Virus record (IMG/VR): IMGVR_UViG_3300032116_000001
Location: 62,001-126,000 of that record
Reading direction: 5' to 3' (one strand)
Length of the DNA stretch: 64,000 bases
Each line of letters opens with the position of its first letter. Position 1 is the first letter of the stretch. Positions 36,320-45,577 of this stretch are shown here, piece by piece. Both the position numbers and the translations under genes were made by a program. The notes under the pieces were generated by a model. That model had not been told where the DNA came from, made no database searches, and saw only the letters and a list, made by a program, of their open reading frames with translations.

Positions 36320-37327
36320 ATGTCAAATATTATACCGAAAAACAAATCAAATATTTCTAAATCTGGCAAAAATCAGGCTAGGCAAAAGGAAATTTTGCAT
36401 TTTCAAGAGCGCCTTGAAAATGCAATCCTTAATTATCAACAGGCTTTGTCAGATAACAACTCTGTTTCAATAGAAAAATTTTATGCTCTAATTTGCGAAT
36501 TATATCCTCCGCAAAAACATATAGCAGAATGGTACAGTAAATATTATTTCCTATATGATACTGCTGAGGACTTTAATCAAGAATACGAAATGATTTTTTG
36601 CAAAGTGATTTCGAAATGGAAGCCACGAAATGAGAGGCGCGTAAGTCGTCACGAAGGCTCTGGCGAGTTTAAAAATTACTTTATGGGTGCTTTGCAAAAC
36701 CACTACACAAATCTTGTTAAGGCGAGTAGCGCAGGAAAAAGAAATATGGGCTGCAAATGTCCCATTTGTAATATATGGGTTAGCCCTCTTTCAAATCACC
36801 TGAGACAACATCATGTGGAACTTTTGTGGGAACAGCTGCTAAGTTTCGGGTATGATATTAATACTTTGACAGCCTGCCCATTTTGTAAATCTCACAAAGT
36901 TCCAAGACAAATTTTATGCGATCACCAAGAAGAAGGTGCATGTGATGTCTGCAAGTTTAAGGCAGAAAATGACGCGCTTCGTAAACACATGTTGTCTAAG
37001 CACTCGACGTATTTATTTCAAAGATTTAGTGAGCTTTATCCCAATCACAACACCATGAAACCAAAAGAGGTTAGTGTGTGGGTATCGGACGAAGATGAAA
37101 ATGGTGATGAAAACTGCTACTATGATTTAACGCCAGAAGAAAATAAAATCAACATTCTGATGAACCTAAATTTAACAGACATTGAGCAGTCTATATTAAC
37201 TATGGCTCTAAGCGGAAACAGTGTAATTACATATAAGTCCCATCTTTATAAATGTAGTGAAGAGGATTTTAACATTGCTTTAAACAGCCTTCGTGACAAA
37301 ATGTCACTAGCTGGTATAGAAGGGTAA
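36320..37327 (+). CDS. Sigma-factor-like protein with inserted C2H2/C4 zinc fingers
   Basis: Region-2-like FKNYFMGALQNHYTNL; CPIC..H...H, CPFC, CDVC..H...H; region-4-like LTDIEQSIL...ALNSLRDKM. Confidence 0.55.
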   Translation: MSNIIPKNKSNISKSGKNQARQKEILHFQERLENAILNYQQALSDNNSVSIEKFYALICELYPPQKHIAEWYSKYYFLYDTAEDFNQEYEMIFCKVISKWKPRNERRVSRHEGSGEFKNYFMGALQNHYTNLVKASSAGKRNMGCKCPICNIWVSPLSNHLRQHHVELLWEQLLSFGYDINTLTACPFCKSHKVPRQILCDHQEEGACDVCKFKAENDALRKHMLSKHSTYLFQRFSELYPNHNTMKPKEVSVWVSDEDENGDENCYYDLTPEENKINILMNLNLTDIEQSILTMALSGNSVITYKSHLYKCSEEDFNIALNSLRDKMSLAGIEG

Positions 37328-37330
37328 AAA

Positions 37331-37690
37331 ATGAGCGAAAATAACACAGAAACAAAAAATAAACAATTAGACCCACAAACACTGAGGGCGCGTGGAGGCG
37401 ATCCAAACAACCCAGACCCAAGTCGCAGACCCACCGATCCTGTTGGGCTTTCGCGAAGCATTATGCATGTTTTAGAGGATCATGAATATGTTAGGATTAA
37501 TTCTGTTGGTCCCGTCGCTTTGAATTCTGTCATGGCTGCTTTTCGCATAGCCTCAAGAGAAATAGAGAGCCGCACAACAGGGGCTGTATTGGTAATACGC
37601 CAATCAGAGTATCCCGCGACTATTGATGGCAAGCAAACAAAGGGAGTTTGTACTAGAATTTTTGCGATACCGATTAAATATGCCCAATAA
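37331..37690 (+). CDS. spoVS: SpoVS (Alba-like) family protein
   Basis: TDPVGLSRSI...INSVGPVALN...IDGKQTKGV aligns by eye with SpoVS (SNPNSVAGAL...IQAIGAGALNQ...IDGEERTAI). Confidence 0.7.
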   Translation: MSENNTETKNKQLDPQTLRARGGDPNNPDPSRRPTDPVGLSRSIMHVLEDHEYVRINSVGPVALNSVMAAFRIASREIESRTTGAVLVIRQSEYPATIDGKQTKGVCTRIFAIPIKYAQ

Positions 37691-37706
37691 ACAAGGAATA
37701 AATTAC

Positions 37707-38213
37707 ATGTTTAAATCCCCATTTTCTCGCAGCCTATCTGAAAGGCAACAGTGGTTAAACAAAGTGTTGCTTGAGGGCGAAAATCCATTTAAAATGGACG
37801 AAAATTCTTCTCAAAATTCAAAGGCCACAGATGATAAAAACATGAATAATATTTTCAACGCAAACAACTCATGGAGTGATCTTATTCAAAAAGCCAAACA
37901 ACAAAATGGGCCTGTAATCGTAAGAGACAATCAGATTTTAGTCGAAGGCAACGACCAAGCATCTGCGATTGCAATGGTGGGATTGAAAAAATGTCTTACT
38001 GGCCTTAAAACAGATATTGAAAATATAAGTGAATCAGAACTTCATGATTTGGTTTTGCGCCAGATTTCACAAAATAGAACAGCACGCAAGTCTTTGATGC
38101 TTACTTTAAGATTTTTAAGAGACTTAGATGCAGAAGCTTTTTTGGAAAACGAACATGAAATTAGGAGTCAGTCAGCCCTTCTGGCTCAAATAAAGGCTTT
38201 TAATCAGCAATAA
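37707..38213 (+). CDS. Hypothetical protein
   Basis: ATG 37707 with AAGGA upstream. Confidence 0.65.
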   Translation: MFKSPFSRSLSERQQWLNKVLLEGENPFKMDENSSQNSKATDDKNMNNIFNANNSWSDLIQKAKQQNGPVIVRDNQILVEGNDQASAIAMVGLKKCLTGLKTDIENISESELHDLVLRQISQNRTARKSLMLTLRFLRDLDAEAFLENEHEIRSQSALLAQIKAFNQQ

Positions 38214-38433
38214 GGCATAAATATAACTAAATATATGCGACACGATATACATTAAAAAACAAGATATTTTCAAGCAATGTCTCATTTTGATGAAAGTGTC
38301 GTTTTTATTTTTTTATCCGTGAATTGTTGACCAAAACCACACTAATTATATAACAGAAATAAGTTGTTTAAGGCAAAGCGGGCTGCCACTAATCAACTTG
38401 AAAAAAACAACACAAATTTTAAGGAGAATAACA

Positions 38434-41115
38434 TTGACATCACATATTTTTACACCAGTCGCACTAAAGCACGAGGCAAGATGGACCTATTCCGAGGCAT
38501 ATGACTCAAGCTTGGCATATTTTAATGGTGACGAATTGGCAGCTTCAACTTTTGTTAGTAAGTATGCCCTCAAAGACCCCAGAAATTCAAGTACGCCTTT
38601 CGCAGAAACTAATCCATCTCACATGCACAAAAGATTAGCAACGGAAATAGCCGTCAAAGACGTTAATTTTCAATGTGGCACCAATTATTGCAGCCTTGAG
38701 GAAATGACCCCTGAGCACAAATCTGTGTGGGAATCAAAATATCAAGAATATTTTGATGCATTTGATAATTTTAAATTTATCGTGCCTCAGGGAAGCCCAA
38801 TGTATGGAATAGGAAACCCATTTGTGAGAGTTTCTATTTCAAATTGTGTTGTTACTCAGTCGCCACAGGACAGCGTATCGGGAATTCTTGACACCTGCAA
38901 AGATCATGCCAATTTATTTAAGCGACGAGCTGGTGTTGGTACGGACTTGTCCACTCTTAGACCAGCTGGAACAGCAGTGTCAAATAGCGCTGGCACATCA
39001 ACAGGTGCATGGAGCTTTGCTGACTTGTTCTCAAGTGTTTGCAGAAAGATCGGTCAAAATGGTCGGCGTGGAGCCCTTATGCTAACAATGAATGTTAAGC
39101 ACCCAGATATTGACAGATTTACTGTAATGAAACATGACCTTACTGCGGTTACGGGGGCCAATGTTTCAATTATGCTGGAAGACGATTTTATGGTGGCTGT
39201 TGAAAATGACCAAGAATGGATGACAAAATGGCCTGTTGAAACTGTCGAAGAACTTGGAATTGTTGAATGTGATGTTGATGATCTTCTTTCAAAAGGCGGT
39301 GAGTGGGTAGAAGTTCCTGCTGACATAAATAATCCAATTGACTCAAAGATATGGCATTCTAATGATTTGTCAGAAAAGCGTGTGCTACGAATTTTTAAGG
39401 CACAGGATTTATGGAAGTTAATCAATACTAGCGCCTGCACCACCGCTGAGCCTGGGCTTATATTCTGGGGCAACTATACCAGAAACTTGCCTGCGCACAG
39501 ATATCCTGCATTTAAGACTATTTGCGTTAATCCATGTTCAGAAATTGGTCTTTCAGCTTTTGACTCCTGCCGCCTAACATCTTTGAATCTTAAGAACTTT
39601 GTGGTGCATCCATACACCAAGGATGCGTATTTTGACTACAATCTTTTTGAAAAGATAACACGATTAGGCATGAGAGTCATGGATAATATTGTTGAAATTG
39701 AAATTGACTATCTCAATAATATTATAAATGCAGTAGATGACCAGGATGAAAAAATTGTTTTTGAAAAGCTTCGAAACGCTGCTGTCCTTGGAAGAAGAAC
39801 GGGATTAGGCGTACATGCTTTGGCTGATGCTTTATCGGCATTAAACATCAGATATGACAGCGACGAATCCATAGAAGCGCTTCATAAAATATTTGCCTGC
39901 TTCCGAAATACGTCTTATGACGAATCCGTGAACCTGGCTATCGAACGCGGGGCGTTCGGGGCATTTGATTGGGAATTAGAAAAAGACTGTGAATTTATCA
40001 CCAGAATGCCTCAAGAACTTCAGGAAAAGATTCAAAAACATGGTCGCAGAAACATCAGCATCCTTACCGTTGCACCCACAGGGTCTGTAAGTATTGTTTC
40101 TCAAACAAGCTCTGGCATTGAACCTGTCTTCAAGTATTTCTATATGAGAAGAAAGAAAATTAATCCTAGTGACCCAAATGCAAAAATTGATTTTGTTGAT
40201 CAAAATGGCGACAAATGGGAAGAATTTATGGTTTTCCACCCCGCCCTTGCAGACTATTTTGCCATTGATTTAGAGGCAAAGCAAAAGTGGGAATCTATTC
40301 AGGCAGAAAAACCGAAAGGCGAGTGGGCGGCTGAATTAAATAAAATTCTACCGAGCTTTTTTGTTCAGGCGGAAGATGTCTTGGGAGAGCGGCGAGTAGA
40401 GGTCCAGGGTGTTATACAAATGTATATTGACCATGGTATTAGCTCAACTATCAACTTGCCTAAGGGCACAACCGCTGACCACGTGGCAAATCTTTATTTC
40501 AAGAGTTGGCAACATGGCCTAAAGGGCGTGACCGTTTATGTTGATGGTAGCCGAACTGGTGTTCTTGTGTCCGCAGACGCAACAAGCAAAACAAAAAATG
40601 CCACTTCAATTGTGGAAACAGAAGCGCCAAAGAGACCCAAATCACTTCCTTGCAAAATTCATCATGCTAGTATCGAGGGTCAAAAATGGACTGTTTTGGT
40701 TGGCTTGCTTGAAGGAAAGCCTTATGAGGTTTTTGGAGGCCTGTCCCACAATATTGAACTTCCGAAGAAGCTTTCTGAAGGATATTTAATTAAAAATAAA
40801 TGCCCCAAGGCAGACGCCAATGGCAGAAGATCATGTTATGATCTTGTTATCGGAGAAGATGGCGATGATCAGCTGGTCATTAGAGACATAGCTATGTCAT
40901 TCAACGATAATAATTATGCCTGGGCCACTAGAATGCTTTCTACAAGCCTTAGACATGGCACACCTTTGAGATTTGTAGTTGATCAGCTGCGTCGCGACAA
41001 AGCATCTGGATTGACAAGTTTTTCAAAGGTCATGGCAAGAGTTTTGTCAACTTATGTCATCGATGAAGAAACTGGGTTGCATGTTGATTATTGTAAAACT
41101 GGCAACTGCGAGTAA
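38434..41115 (+). CDS. nrdJ: Class II (adenosylcobalamin-dependent) ribonucleotide reductase
   Basis: SNC, RRGALM, NPCSE, RRTGLG, TVAPTGS, ISSTINL, KGVTVY; no beta subunit nearby; TTG start with SD AAGGAG. Confidence 0.9.
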   Translation: MTSHIFTPVALKHEARWTYSEAYDSSLAYFNGDELAASTFVSKYALKDPRNSSTPFAETNPSHMHKRLATEIAVKDVNFQCGTNYCSLEEMTPEHKSVWESKYQEYFDAFDNFKFIVPQGSPMYGIGNPFVRVSISNCVVTQSPQDSVSGILDTCKDHANLFKRRAGVGTDLSTLRPAGTAVSNSAGTSTGAWSFADLFSSVCRKIGQNGRRGALMLTMNVKHPDIDRFTVMKHDLTAVTGANVSIMLEDDFMVAVENDQEWMTKWPVETVEELGIVECDVDDLLSKGGEWVEVPADINNPIDSKIWHSNDLSEKRVLRIFKAQDLWKLINTSACTTAEPGLIFWGNYTRNLPAHRYPAFKTICVNPCSEIGLSAFDSCRLTSLNLKNFVVHPYTKDAYFDYNLFEKITRLGMRVMDNIVEIEIDYLNNIINAVDDQDEKIVFEKLRNAAVLGRRTGLGVHALADALSALNIRYDSDESIEALHKIFACFRNTSYDESVNLAIERGAFGAFDWELEKDCEFITRMPQELQEKIQKHGRRNISILTVAPTGSVSIVSQTSSGIEPVFKYFYMRRKKINPSDPNAKIDFVDQNGDKWEEFMVFHPALADYFAIDLEAKQKWESIQAEKPKGEWAAELNKILPSFFVQAEDVLGERRVEVQGVIQMYIDHGISSTINLPKGTTADHVANLYFKSWQHGLKGVTVYVDGSRTGVLVSADATSKTKNATSIVETEAPKRPKSLPCKIHHASIEGQKWTVLVGLLEGKPYEVFGGLSHNIELPKKLSEGYLIKNKCPKADANGRRSCYDLVIGEDGDDQLVIRDIAMSFNDNNYAWATRMLSTSLRHGTPLRFVVDQLRRDKASGLTSFSKVMARVLSTYVIDEETGLHVDYCKTGNCE

Positions 41116-41118
41116 ACC

Positions 41119-41168
41119 TTTTACACAAAAAAACCAGGCCGTAAAAAGCCTGGCTTTTTTGTGTAAAA
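41119..41168 (+). terminator. Intrinsic terminator after nrdJ
   Basis: CCAGGC/GCCTGG stem flanked by A and T tracts. Confidence 0.8.
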
Positions 41169-41171
41169 ATA

Positions 41172-41184
41172 ACTAATATAAAAA
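41172..41184 (+). promoter_or_regulatory. ACTAATATAAAAA motif (copy 3)
   Basis: Directly after the nrdJ terminator. Confidence 0.55.
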
Positions 41185-41198
41185 GGGGAAATATTGAT

Positions 41199-41690
41199 AT
41201 GAAATCACGAACTGTATCAAACTTTAAAAAAGAAAATCACAAACCTGGTCCGCCAGAAGTGAAGAGTTCCAGCCCTGAACCAAATTATCAAGAAAGGCTT
41301 CTTTATATCAAAGACGCCCATGTGGTGGAAGACGAGGGAACAGAAGAAGACCCAATTGTAAAAAAAACATTATGGCTGCTTCTGCAAGATTCTGAAACAA
41401 ATGCCATTATGCGCTGCCCGCTGACGCTTGAGGATGTGCAGTCTATAACAGGTATGAGCCGCAATTTATTGGGCAGAGAGCTTTATAAATTTGCAGATGA
41501 ACTCAAAATGAGGGACCATCCTGTGAAATTAATTGTTGATCTAAACCAGTCAACTTTTGACACAAATATGATATTAGCAAAAAAGCCCGCAAAATCATCA
41601 AAAAGCCAACGAGAAATTCGTCAAAAAACAAAGTTCAGTTTTGACCCCAAAAAAGCACAAGAAATACAAAAAAGAGTTAATCATGAGTAA
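41199..41690 (+). CDS. Hypothetical protein
   Basis: 163-aa ORF after the ACTAATATAAAAA motif. Confidence 0.7.
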   Translation: MKSRTVSNFKKENHKPGPPEVKSSSPEPNYQERLLYIKDAHVVEDEGTEEDPIVKKTLWLLLQDSETNAIMRCPLTLEDVQSITGMSRNLLGRELYKFADELKMRDHPVKLIVDLNQSTFDTNMILAKKPAKSSKSQREIRQKTKFSFDPKKAQEIQKRVNHE

Positions 41691-42174
41691 AAATACCATT
41701 CAAGTAAGAGCATTTCGCGACGGAGCTTCGATCCCCGAAAAGTCCACGGCCTTAGCGGCGGGCTATGACATTCGAGCATGGACAGCGCCTGTTGCTGGCG
41801 GTTCCCGACGCGAAGTAATTGCCATTAGTCCAGGTTCTAGTGCCATTATTAAAACGGGCCTGAATTTAAGCATTCCTGAGGGCTACGAAGTTCAAATTCG
41901 GCCCCGATCAGGCCTTGCTGCCAAAAAATCAATTGGAGTTTTAAATTCCCCTGGAACAATTGATGCAGATTACGATGGCGAAGGAGAAAATTTTGAAGTA
42001 GGAATTATCTTATTTAACCACGGGGATACACAGTTTGAAGTCAATCACGGTGATCGAATTGCCCAAATGGTGGTTTGTAAGTTGCCAGAAATAGAACTTG
42101 TAGAGGTTACTGACGAAAATCATCAAAGAAAAGAAAGCCAGAGAGAAGGCGGCTTTGGACACACGGGCGTTTAA
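41683..42174 (+). CDS. dut: Trimeric dUTPase
   Basis: AAGYD, RPRSGLA, GTIDADY, GDRIAQ, REGGFGHTG. Confidence 0.95.
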   Translation: MSKNTIQVRAFRDGASIPEKSTALAAGYDIRAWTAPVAGGSRREVIAISPGSSAIIKTGLNLSIPEGYEVQIRPRSGLAAKKSIGVLNSPGTIDADYDGEGENFEVGIILFNHGDTQFEVNHGDRIAQMVVCKLPEIELVEVTDENHQRKESQREGGFGHTGV

Positions 42175-42180
42175 TCGACA

Positions 42181-42315
42181 CAAATAGATGAATTAATTAT
42201 TTTTCTAGACTGCGGCGGAGTGCTAAACGATCATCAACAAAATGATAACGGTAATCACGGATTTGCATTGGACGATTATGATCTGTCTGTTAAGTTGACC
42301 GAATCTTATAAGTAA
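42181..42315 (+). pseudogene. Relic of a HAD-family phosphatase gene
   Basis: Frame reads LIIFLDCGGVLNDH...ALDDYDL (compare HAD motif I IFLDxDGVLN and motif IV DD); no start codon; middle missing. Confidence 0.45.
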
Positions 42316-42353
42316 AAACAATTTGAAACATACAACAAGATAGTTATTATGTT

Positions 42354-44099
42354 TCAAATTGTTTTTACCGCAGCAATTGAAGATGCGACTCTAATTGATT
42401 GATCAATAAAGTCGGCTGATTTAAAGTCACCATTTTCCTCAAAAAACACTGCAAGGCGATTCATATCATCGAGAACTTTTGCAATGCGTATGCAAATATT
42501 TTCCGAGGAGCTAACAGTTTGCATACCTTCGTCTTTTTGTTTTGTGAAGTATGGATAAGACGCATTTTCTCGAACAACAAGGCTTTTGTCTGATTTTCCA
42601 GATTTCCAATTTTGAAGCTCAATGTCCATGATTTTTTTTCTTTCTTCTTCTGGGGCATTGTTGTGCAAAAATCCAAATGTGTTATCATCGCGCCTTAAAG
42701 ACATTAATGTTCCATTATTGTATCCTAAATTATTATAGGCGTTGTCACGTATTTTTTGTGCTTCCTCATCGCTGATTTTGTCCCAGGGCTTGTCTCCAAA
42801 TTGTTCTTTTTTTATTTGGTTGTACTGAAAGTGCCGCAACAATTCATCCACACCAAAAAGCACACTTCTCCATTCTTTCGTATCGAGTCGAGATGCCCTG
42901 GCAATAATTTGATCACGTGTTGTTGCTTTGATTCCAGCTTCATCAAGTTTGTTTTTAAGCGTTATTAAGAAATCTTGCTGAAGCATGTTAATATTAACAA
43001 GTTTCTTTGTGCCTGCTTCTTTATTGCTTCGGCCCGCAACATCTGCGTGCAGTTTAGCCTCAAGCATTGACTCGTACATTATCTCCATTATTTTTCTTGC
43101 AGTTTGGGGGTCTGTAATTTCATATGCGCGTCTGAAAATAATATGCAACGGTAAGCGACCGTTTTGCTCGACCTGATATTGCTTCAGCTTATAAATGGGC
43201 AAGAAAGCGTTTTCGGCTACCCATTGCCCTGATCCTTGAAAATATCTTGCTCGATTATTAGCCTTTGTAACAACTTCATCTATGTCAGCGGTGTCTCGGC
43301 TGATTAATTGGCCCTTTCTTCTGCGCATAAGGCTTGCTGGTACTGGACCCAAAGATTTTTGTCCAGATTGCTGGGCCAAATCTGGATTATTGGGTTTTTG
43401 TTTGCTTTCAATTTGATTCCTTAAATTAATATCTTCTTCCCATTGTTTGAGATTTTCTAATTCTTCAAATTGAGATCGATTCATATTGGGATTAGATTCA
43501 ATTTCTTTAATCTTGAACTGAATCGTTCTTAAAAGAGCCACATAATCCACATATTGATCTTGCGCCATATAGTCAATATGTGGGGGCATTTTGGTATTTT
43601 CATCTGAAACAAACTTTGGGTGCGGGTTGACTAGTTCGTCATAAGATAAATGATTGTCGAGCGCATCTTTCGGAGCTAAGTTTTTTTGTTTGTATTGAAA
43701 TACGGCTGATTTAGCTGATAGTTTAGCTCTGTTTAAAAGCCAGTTGTAAGGAGATGACACTCCTGATTCGTTGCGTATATCATAAGTTTCCAGGCTAGAC
43801 TCAATGCCTCTTTTCCACATATAATACATGACCTTTGATGACAAATCTTCGGCAGAATGTTTCTCTATTTCAGGATGCACCGTATTAATATATTTTAACG
43901 CCGTCTCTTCAAGAAGTTGCAAAAAACCTGGCAAATTCTTGATTTTTTGCAAAATTTCTCCTGACCGAGGGCTTTCTGTTTTGTAGCGAAAAACCAGATC
44001 ATTTAATGCTGACTTCAGGGATGATTCCTGGGCATTTTTGATAAATTTTAAAAAATTCACCGCATATTTTGGAAGCGCCTGGCGCATTGTATAATGCAT
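42354..44099 (-). CDS. Large protein with sigma region-2-like segment and C-terminal tag; apparent paralog of 60356..62722
   Basis: AEDLSSKVMYYMW...YNWLLNRAK; KPWDKISDEE block shared with the 60356 protein; C-terminal LAVFFEENGDFKSADFID. Confidence 0.55.
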   Translation of the reverse strand: MHYTMRQALPKYAVNFLKFIKNAQESSLKSALNDLVFRYKTESPRSGEILQKIKNLPGFLQLLEETALKYINTVHPEIEKHSAEDLSSKVMYYMWKRGIESSLETYDIRNESGVSSPYNWLLNRAKLSAKSAVFQYKQKNLAPKDALDNHLSYDELVNPHPKFVSDENTKMPPHIDYMAQDQYVDYVALLRTIQFKIKEIESNPNMNRSQFEELENLKQWEEDINLRNQIESKQKPNNPDLAQQSGQKSLGPVPASLMRRRKGQLISRDTADIDEVVTKANNRARYFQGSGQWVAENAFLPIYKLKQYQVEQNGRLPLHIIFRRAYEITDPQTARKIMEIMYESMLEAKLHADVAGRSNKEAGTKKLVNINMLQQDFLITLKNKLDEAGIKATTRDQIIARASRLDTKEWRSVLFGVDELLRHFQYNQIKKEQFGDKPWDKISDEEAQKIRDNAYNNLGYNNGTLMSLRRDDNTFGFLHNNAPEEERKKIMDIELQNWKSGKSDKSLVVRENASYPYFTKQKDEGMQTVSSSENICIRIAKVLDDMNRLAVFFEENGDFKSADFIDQSIRVASSIAAVKTI

Positions 44100-44213
44100 A
44101 TGTGTATATTTGCAATTTAAATTAATTAGCACCTTTTTGCAAATTTTGCTTTTGATCACAAGTGCATTTTTGGCATTTTTTCACTATAAAATCAATGGGA
44201 GAAAACAAAACAT

Positions 44214-44720
44214 ATGCCCAAAGACATTACTTATGTACAATCTCTGGAACTTTACGAGATTGCTTTGAAATTAAAAGAACGATATTACCTTCATCTAGGT
44301 CACGTAGACTTGGATATTATTTATTTTGCCGAAAAACTTGGAGACAAGCCTAAGAAAGGCAAGATTGCTGAATTAAGCGGAATTTCTAATCCATGGGTAA
44401 AAGCCTTGCTTGCGAAAAATCAAAACGACAATAAGCTTTACTGCATGAGTGTTTGGTCTGCTGAATGGCTTGAGGTCACGCCAGCCAAGAAAGAATGGAT
44501 GGTCTTTAAGATGCTGTGCTCTGTGCACCCTCAGAACGACGGAAAGCTCAACAAGCCAGACATTTCCGACTTTGGTTATATTCAAGAGTTCTTTATGAAC
44601 GCTGGTGTTGGTCCTTATTGGGAATCTCAAGATGATTTGCCCTCGCTTTTGGGAACTGACCCGCTGGCCATTCCCCCTCCGCCTGACGACACGGATGAGG
44701 GCAGCACACTCGGAGAATAA
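44214..44720 (+). CDS. Phage metallopeptidase-like fold, zinc motif degenerate
   Basis: Family-like pattern ...W....KK..VFKMLCSVH...KPDISDF, with HExxH not retained. Confidence 0.5.
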   Translation: MPKDITYVQSLELYEIALKLKERYYLHLGHVDLDIIYFAEKLGDKPKKGKIAELSGISNPWVKALLAKNQNDNKLYCMSVWSAEWLEVTPAKKEWMVFKMLCSVHPQNDGKLNKPDISDFGYIQEFFMNAGVGPYWESQDDLPSLLGTDPLAIPPPPDDTDEGSTLGE

Positions 44721-44770
44721 ATAAAATATCTGCCCGCCTCAAATAATGTAATTTTTGGGGCGGGATATCA

Positions 44771-45511
44771 ATGTATAAACTTATGTCAAATTCAGCATAT
44801 ACTCAGTCAATAACAGAGCTTTTTGCAAAATTATACAAACCAAGATCGGAAGTTGTTCCTTTTAACAGGAGTGACTTGGAGACGATATGCCAAAAATATA
44901 ATGTTAAAAACATAGGAGATGTTTTGTATAGTTTTCGCAGCCGTCAGCAATTACCAAGTAGCATTAGAAGAACTGCAAAAAGAGGATTTCACTGGGTTAT
45001 TGAATTTAAGGGCAAGGGGAAATACCAATTTTCTCAATGGCCTGTTGCTTATATTAAGCCACAAATACTTGAGCCAACACTAATAAAAGATTGCACGCCC
45101 AAAATGATTAGCCAGTGTCTTGCGGATGATGAACAAGGCATGCTAACAAGAATGCGACACAATAATATACTGAGAAATTTTCTTGATCTTGATATTTATC
45201 ATCTTCAAAGCCATCTTAGAACATTTGTTCCTGGCGTTGGGCAAGTTGAAATTGATGATGTTTATGTTGGTGTTGATCAGCAAAGTAAACAATTTATCAT
45301 TCCTATTCAGGCCAAGTCATCTCATGATTTAATATCTGCGACACAATGTTCACAAGATATATTGTATTGCGAGTATTTTCATCCAAATTACAAATGTCGC
45401 TCGGTTGCAATAAAATCTATAGGAAATGAAACCTTGGCAGTTTTTGAATTAAAAGCAAAAGCCCCTGGCCATATTTGCATTGTAAATGAGCGTCATTTTC
45501 AATTTATTTAA
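44771..45511 (+). CDS. Type II restriction-endonuclease-like protein (PD-(D/E)XK), no adjacent methyltransferase
   Basis: KNIGDVLYSFR, DEQ, LQSHLRT.VPGVGQVEIDDVYVG...PIQAK. Confidence 0.6.
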   Translation: MYKLMSNSAYTQSITELFAKLYKPRSEVVPFNRSDLETICQKYNVKNIGDVLYSFRSRQQLPSSIRRTAKRGFHWVIEFKGKGKYQFSQWPVAYIKPQILEPTLIKDCTPKMISQCLADDEQGMLTRMRHNNILRNFLDLDIYHLQSHLRTFVPGVGQVEIDDVYVGVDQQSKQFIIPIQAKSSHDLISATQCSQDILYCEYFHPNYKCRSVAIKSIGNETLAVFELKAKAPGHICIVNERHFQFI

Positions 45512-45577
45512 AACTTTTTTATTAAACAAAACGTATAAATAAATACGTTGTCTTTAATAAGGCAAGGAAGGAACGAA

